NCBI RefSeq assembly: GCF_036588685.1
Contig: NC_086376.1
Span: 83,393,014-83,457,013 of the forward strand
Reading direction: 5' to 3'
Source of the DNA: Mytilus trossulus
Taxonomy: Eukaryota
DNA length: 64,000 bases
Position 1 is the stretch's first letter. Each line of letters opens with the position of its first letter. Positions 58,956 to 64,000 of this stretch are shown here, in pieces. Under the pieces are notes generated by a model. The model made no database searches. It saw only the letters and a list, made by a program, of their open reading frames with translations, and was not told the DNA's origin. The position numbers and the translations under genes were made by a program.

Positions 58956-61900
58956 CTGTAGAAGGTCCATATTTATACTTAGTACCTATTACTTTTATGT
59001 TCAAACATCAAAAGATCTGCAAAACTATGAAATAAAACATTATTTTTAATATGCTGCTTACCATAAACATGATAAATTTTATCAATTTCACAGCAGAAAA
59101 GAATCACTAACAAGAATGTGTCCCCAGTACACTGATGCCCCAGTCGCACTATCATTTTCTATGTTCAGTGGATCATGAAATTGGGGTAAAAATTCTAATT
59201 TGGCATCACAATTTGAAAGATCATATCAAAGGGAACATGTGTAAAGTTTTAAGTTGATTGGACTTAAGACTTCATCAAAAACTTCCTTGACCAAAAACTT
59301 TAACCTGAAGCAGGACAGATTCACAGATCAGAAAACATAATGCCTCTCTACTAACGGAGGTTGGGCAGAAAAACATTAATACAATGTAAGTGCTAAATTT
59401 GTTTTTTTTTAGAAAAATGAATTTGAATGATAAGGATTGATTATATTTAATTTTACAGTTATACATTTGAACTTCAATTTACTTGTTTGCAACATTTTGC
59501 TAAAGGAAAGATTGATTGATTGTTGGTTGCATAATGCCCAGTGGCAAATATTTCATGCATGTTCAGGTCGATCCAGGATAGAACAGAAGTGTCTGCTAAT
59601 GAAATTTTGTAGTTAAAAATAATTTTTCTTGTCATAAATATGCATGAAAGTTATTACTTATTGCCACTTATGTTTTTATTCATGTAAAAAAAAACATGAC
59701 GATTACTCAATGTACAATGTAGACAAACAACTGAACATTTTTAAGATACTAAATTCATTTTAGCTCCATTGCAATTAATGAGTCAATATTGTTGTCCTGT
59801 TGTGAGAGAAGCAGAATGAGAAGGTACATCCTGTTATTGTACTGATTCAAGTGTTCATTGTCATGATTGTAATGTGATTGTATTTAGTGCTTGAAAACTC
59901 TTAGCACATGCACTTGGAAAGTTGTATCTAAATACTTTGTAAATTAATAGAGTAGCTCGCCTTGTATTAAGACACCCTACACTTTGCATCATTCCTGTAC
60001 CTTTATTTGAGCATACATGTATAATAGTACCATAACATAATTGGAATTCCTTTGGAGCTAAAGCTACCAGTTATAAAATATACATGTAGAAAGGTTAATA
60101 AATGTCCCAGATTAAAAAAAATGTATATCATTGCAGTTGCACTGATCTTATCGTAGATTGATTTGAGTTGCATCTTCGCTAGCCAAGTGTTACGATCCAC
60201 TCCTGTTCTCTCCGGGCTAGCAGAGATGTTTTAGTTGGTGCTCTCTTTTAACTGGAAGTCAACAACAAAAAATAACACATATTTCTGCTAAGCTTACAGT
60301 GTAACTACCTTAAATTTAAGCCTTACATCGAATAAATATGACGTCTTGAAAGGCTATTATATTTTTTTCATTGACACATTACATCAAAAAATATAGAAGC
60401 CTTTAAAGAAGTCATAATTATTTGGACTATAAATGGAAATCGGACAATAAATTTCATATCAAGTAAAAATGTGTTGCTTTATTTTTTTTACGGTACCAAA
60501 TGATATTGTTTAACATTTTAAGTCAAACATTTACCCGTGTGAAACTTCTGCATTAATAAGAACATAGTTTTGCCACTAGGCAGAGCTACAGTACATGGGA
60601 TGATCTGATGATCTGATCAGTTTTCGAATGGACGAGTTGAGTTAGCCATATATTTACTTTGAGGATAATTAGTTTGCTTTAAAATTTCTGTATTTACCTG
60701 AAATTTGCTGAGTAACAAGACAGACAGAGTATTTTAGGGGGAGGTTTATATGTAGTTTATATGCTCTCATTTTTATCTGTCTTTATTTGTCGAGATAACC
60801 CATGTGAACCTAATTTTTCTTAGTCGGAGCAGTGCTTGAAAAAGACAATAAATTTAGAACCAAAACGGTAATACACACGTTACAAATTACGCGTTTAGCT
60901 ATAGTTACGTTGATACAAACAAATCGAAAACTCTAGAAATGATAAAAACCAACTTACATTAGACTAGATATTTATAAGATAATTGAACTTATTTTTTTTG
61001 CTTTATAGCAATACAATTTAAAAATAAGAATAAAATATACACCCAAAACTGAGCAATGCGTCAACTTCGGACGATGAATTGTATTAAAATAGGACAACTT
61101 GGCCAGCATAATCAGTGTACACAATATTGAAGACACTATTATACATAAATAAAAATATGGAAGAAAAATAGAATTTAAAAAAAAACAAACTATCTATCTT
61201 ATTAAAAGCGAAAAATAAACAAGGACAGAAACATCATGATGATTTGACAGTTTTGACTCAGAACATACAGATCACCCTACATGTAAGTTGACCGTTGAAA
61301 TAAATATTGACATTGGAGATTAAACAAACAAACAACAATAAACCGACCAACCACAAAAAATAAATAAATTAAAACAACGTTAGATATGAGCAAAATATGT
61401 GTTGTACCGACTTCTCGTGCTGTGTCTGATGACTTTTAGCACCTGGTGTAAAACAAGAGAAAGTTCTAGTAAATATAGATGTTTATTTCTTGAAATCAGT
61501 AATCAAAGTGACCGTTGAAAACATTAATTGTTTCCATGCGGGCGTGGTCACATGATCACTGATTTCTTAACTTTCTCCAGTTTTCACCAATCAAAAATTA
61601 CCTTGTAAAGCTCCCTTGACCACAACCTAATTTCACTGGTTGGTCAATAATCCAGTCATGGGTGACAGGTGTTATAAACAATTTCACACATGAGTAATAG
61701 GAAAAGGTTGTTTAACAAAAGCCTTAATTTACATGTAAGGTACATAATCCAAAGTAAATAATTTAGCACTTACATGTCTCTTTGTTATCCGGCTTAATTA
61801 AGTAATCTAAATATTAAAGTTGTATGTCATTCTTCTTTATCAAAAATTAACATTCCAAAAATAATGTAACTTATGTAAGGAGAAATTTTAGAAAATAAAA

Positions 61901-62611
61901 TAAAAATTTAAACTTCAAAATACTTTAACTCAAATTGTAAAAATTGAATAATTTTCACTTAAGTTTTGGTCTGTTATATTAAAATTTTGTCTTTGGCAAT
62001 TCATAATTTTTCTATAACAACTCTTCCTCAACCTCACTAAGCTTTGTCCCAAAGCTTGAATTTGAAACATCATCTGAACTGATAAAATAAGAATAATAAT
62101 TATATATATATATACATGTAAAAAGAATAAAAGTATGATAAACATAATGTTAAAGTTCATATAGAGTCATTATTTATATATGACACTTATGTGAATGTAG
62201 TTTTGTGATCTAATGCCCATAAAATACTTAGTTAAAAATTAAAAATATATATATGTATGGTCATAATTGCAGATATTCATTCAATAAGACACTTCCAAAA
62301 TTTCAAAGGATGTATGTTAATACACTTGTAACGGGGAAGCACTGAGGTATTGCTTGTTTGCAAATATGCATTCACTTAATATTGTCATTTTGCATATGAG
62401 GAGTTTTATTAACACTTCACACTAAAATATGTGTGTTTATATAGTACTGATGCAGTTTTCCAATAATGAAAAATCAAGTAAACCAGGTGCTTTAGTGCAA
62501 CAGAAAAGTCAAAGTACCAATAAATTTTCATATTAAAAGACAATATAACGATATAAAATTCAAATATAAAACATGAAAATGAATGATTTCTTATATGCTC
62601 ACTCCTTGTAA

Positions 62612-62720
62612 GCGCATGATCTGCAATCTCATGATCTGCAATCTCCCGATCTGCAATCTCACAATCTGCAATCTAATGATCTGCAATCTCACGATCTGCA
62701 TTCTAATGATCTGCAATCTC
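62612..62720. repeat. 15-bp minisatellite (cNNgatctgcaatct), 7 copies
   Basis: Tandem units with a variable trinucleotide. It lies about 500 bp beyond the 3' end of the Gypsy pol ORF, possibly in its LTR. Confidence 0.8.
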
Positions 62721-63202
62721 TATGACATAATGTAATCTAAAAATATGTTTAATATGTGTTCTAAATCCTACAAAAAGAAATAAACTAAACATTAATACAC
62801 TCTAAACTCCTCCACTTTGGCTCTCGGTAACATTTCACTGAACACTTAACTTCATCATACATAACTATAACATTGGAATGGATTCTAGTTTCTCAGGACA
62901 CTAAATTGCTAAAATAAAAAAAAAGTGATGATTAGTCGAATGAGCACGGCCGTACTCTAGCACTACTGACAACAAAACACATATGCATTCTGTTAGGTTT
63001 GACTTCACATCATAATTTGCCTAACAAATTTCTGAAATTAAAAAAAAATTGTTAATCAAAGGGTCAAATAATAAAAGAATGGTCCACTGCGCAGATTTGA
63101 AACTTGAGTTCAATCCAGATTATTTGCATGTAAGTGAGTTATTCGCCTTTAAAGCTTTATCTGTGTTATTCCAATGAAATTTGTACAGTAATATGTTTTC
63201 AC

Positions 63203-64000
63203 CTATGGCCTTGTAAAATATTTCCTCTGTTTTCTCCTCCTTCCTTTTTTTGTTTTCCTTGTAAAGTATTCATGTATCAATCCCTCTCCAATATTCTGCT
63301 TTGGTTCCCATGTCGGTTTGGAACCATCTTTCCATTTCACAAGAAAATACTGTATTCCTCTTGTTTTCCTTGTATTTAGTAGTGTCTCAACCTCATGAAA
63401 CGTATCATCAATAACATTGTTCGGTTCATCTCCATTATCACTGTCGGTTTCTGAATCTGTACTCTCATTGTCTGCAATTTGATCATCTTGATCATTATCT
63501 GCAGGTTGGTTATTTTGCGCATCGGGTGGATTATCTGGAACTGGACGTTCTGGAGCTTGTGGCGGGTCACGGAAATCAGTGGGATCTACATATTGCCTAA
63601 GATTGCTCGCATTGACCATAGCTTTAACTTCCTTCTGGTCACTGCAGCGTCTTAATTTATATGTGAAATTCGGCCCACAGTCAGTTATGTAATAAGGACA
63701 ATTAAATTTATCAACTAATTTTGGTGAACGACCGACAGGGACTACATGTTCTTTAAGTAAAACTTTATCTCTAAGCCTAAATTCAGGAATTTTGGTATTT
63801 TTGTCGTATTGTTCTTTCATTTTTGCTTGTTTAAGCTTAATATTTTCAGCAGCAAAATCTTGGGTAATTTTGAGGTTTGAAATTATTTCTTCTAAATGGT
63901 GTTTTGCATCTTTTGACAGATTGTCTTTTGGCAAAACAGATGCGTCAAAAGGTAAGTTCATCTCCTTGCCGAACACCATTGAGAAGGGAGAATACTCTGT
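63203..64000 (-). mobile_element. Ty3/Gypsy chromovirus-type pol 3' end: integrase C-terminus plus chromodomain (..FHEVETLLNTRKTRGIQYFLVKWKDGSKPTWEPKQNI..), running off the window end
   Basis: A 258-aa ORF. Chromodomain signature Y.VE.IL..R...G...YLVKWKG....TWEP.N. The polypurine-rich K/R tail overlaps a polypurine-tract-like run at 63225-63260. Confidence 0.7.

Noticed and set aside
63376-63570. 64-aa ORF on the minus strand in another frame, and an 81-aa + ORF at 63134-63379
   Set aside because: They overlap the Gypsy integrase/chromodomain ORF, which is the supported reading frame.
1-64000. Search for a prokaryotic defence or accessory system (CRISPR, RM, TA, operons)
   Set aside because: The window is eukaryotic, with spliced genes and polyadenylation signals. 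No direct-repeat/spacer array or operonic gene cluster exists here.

Overview
This window is eukaryotic nuclear DNA, not prokaryotic. It is AT-rich (about 67-68% AT) and its genes are split by GT-AG spliceosomal introns. The introns are packed with minisatellites, hairpin MITEs, SINE-like copies and retroelement fragments. The repeat content and the gene set suggest a bivalve mollusc (mytilid- or oyster-like), but that is a guess from content. No CRISPR array, operon or prokaryotic defence system is present, so 'none' is the honest answer for that class of feature.

Six multi-exon gene models were rebuilt by hand from splice signals, codon phase and remembered protein families:
- MCM-binding protein (MCMBP), + strand, 13 exons from 1 to 8525. 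Its 5' end lies before the window and one intron has a GC-AG donor.
- A secreted lectin with three C-type-lectin-like domains (CTLDs) and a C-terminal PAN/apple-like domain, + strand, 9 exons from 11951 to 24022. Each CTLD is carried on a phase-1/phase-1 exon pair, and all three lack the canonical C2-C3 disulfide.
- Two tandem dithiol (CPYC) glutaredoxin paralogues, + strand, at 32004-33149 and 37522-38786, each with two exons.
- A possible TOM7-like small membrane protein, + strand, whose first coding exon is just the ATG (43846-43848) and whose second exon runs 45064-45204.
- A multi-exon dolichol kinase (DOLK/SEC59) homologue, - strand, with 10 exons resolved from 58955 down to 48321. The N-terminal exons were not resolved.

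Transposon-derived coding remnants:
- A non-LTR retrotransposon reverse-transcriptase C-terminal fragment at 33425-33880 (-), abutting an LTR/BEL-type integrase tail at 33868-34015 (+).
- A Ty3/Gypsy chromodomain integrase that runs off the window end, 63203-64000 (-).

The most unusual non-genic structure is a composite element about 1.3 kb long: a terminal hairpin, a (GTC/GTCGTCC)n microsatellite, two ~540-bp internal tandem units and a conserved tail. It occurs twice in inverted orientation 32 kb apart (19320-20615 and 52700-54015), once inside an intron of the lectin gene and once inside an intron of DOLK.
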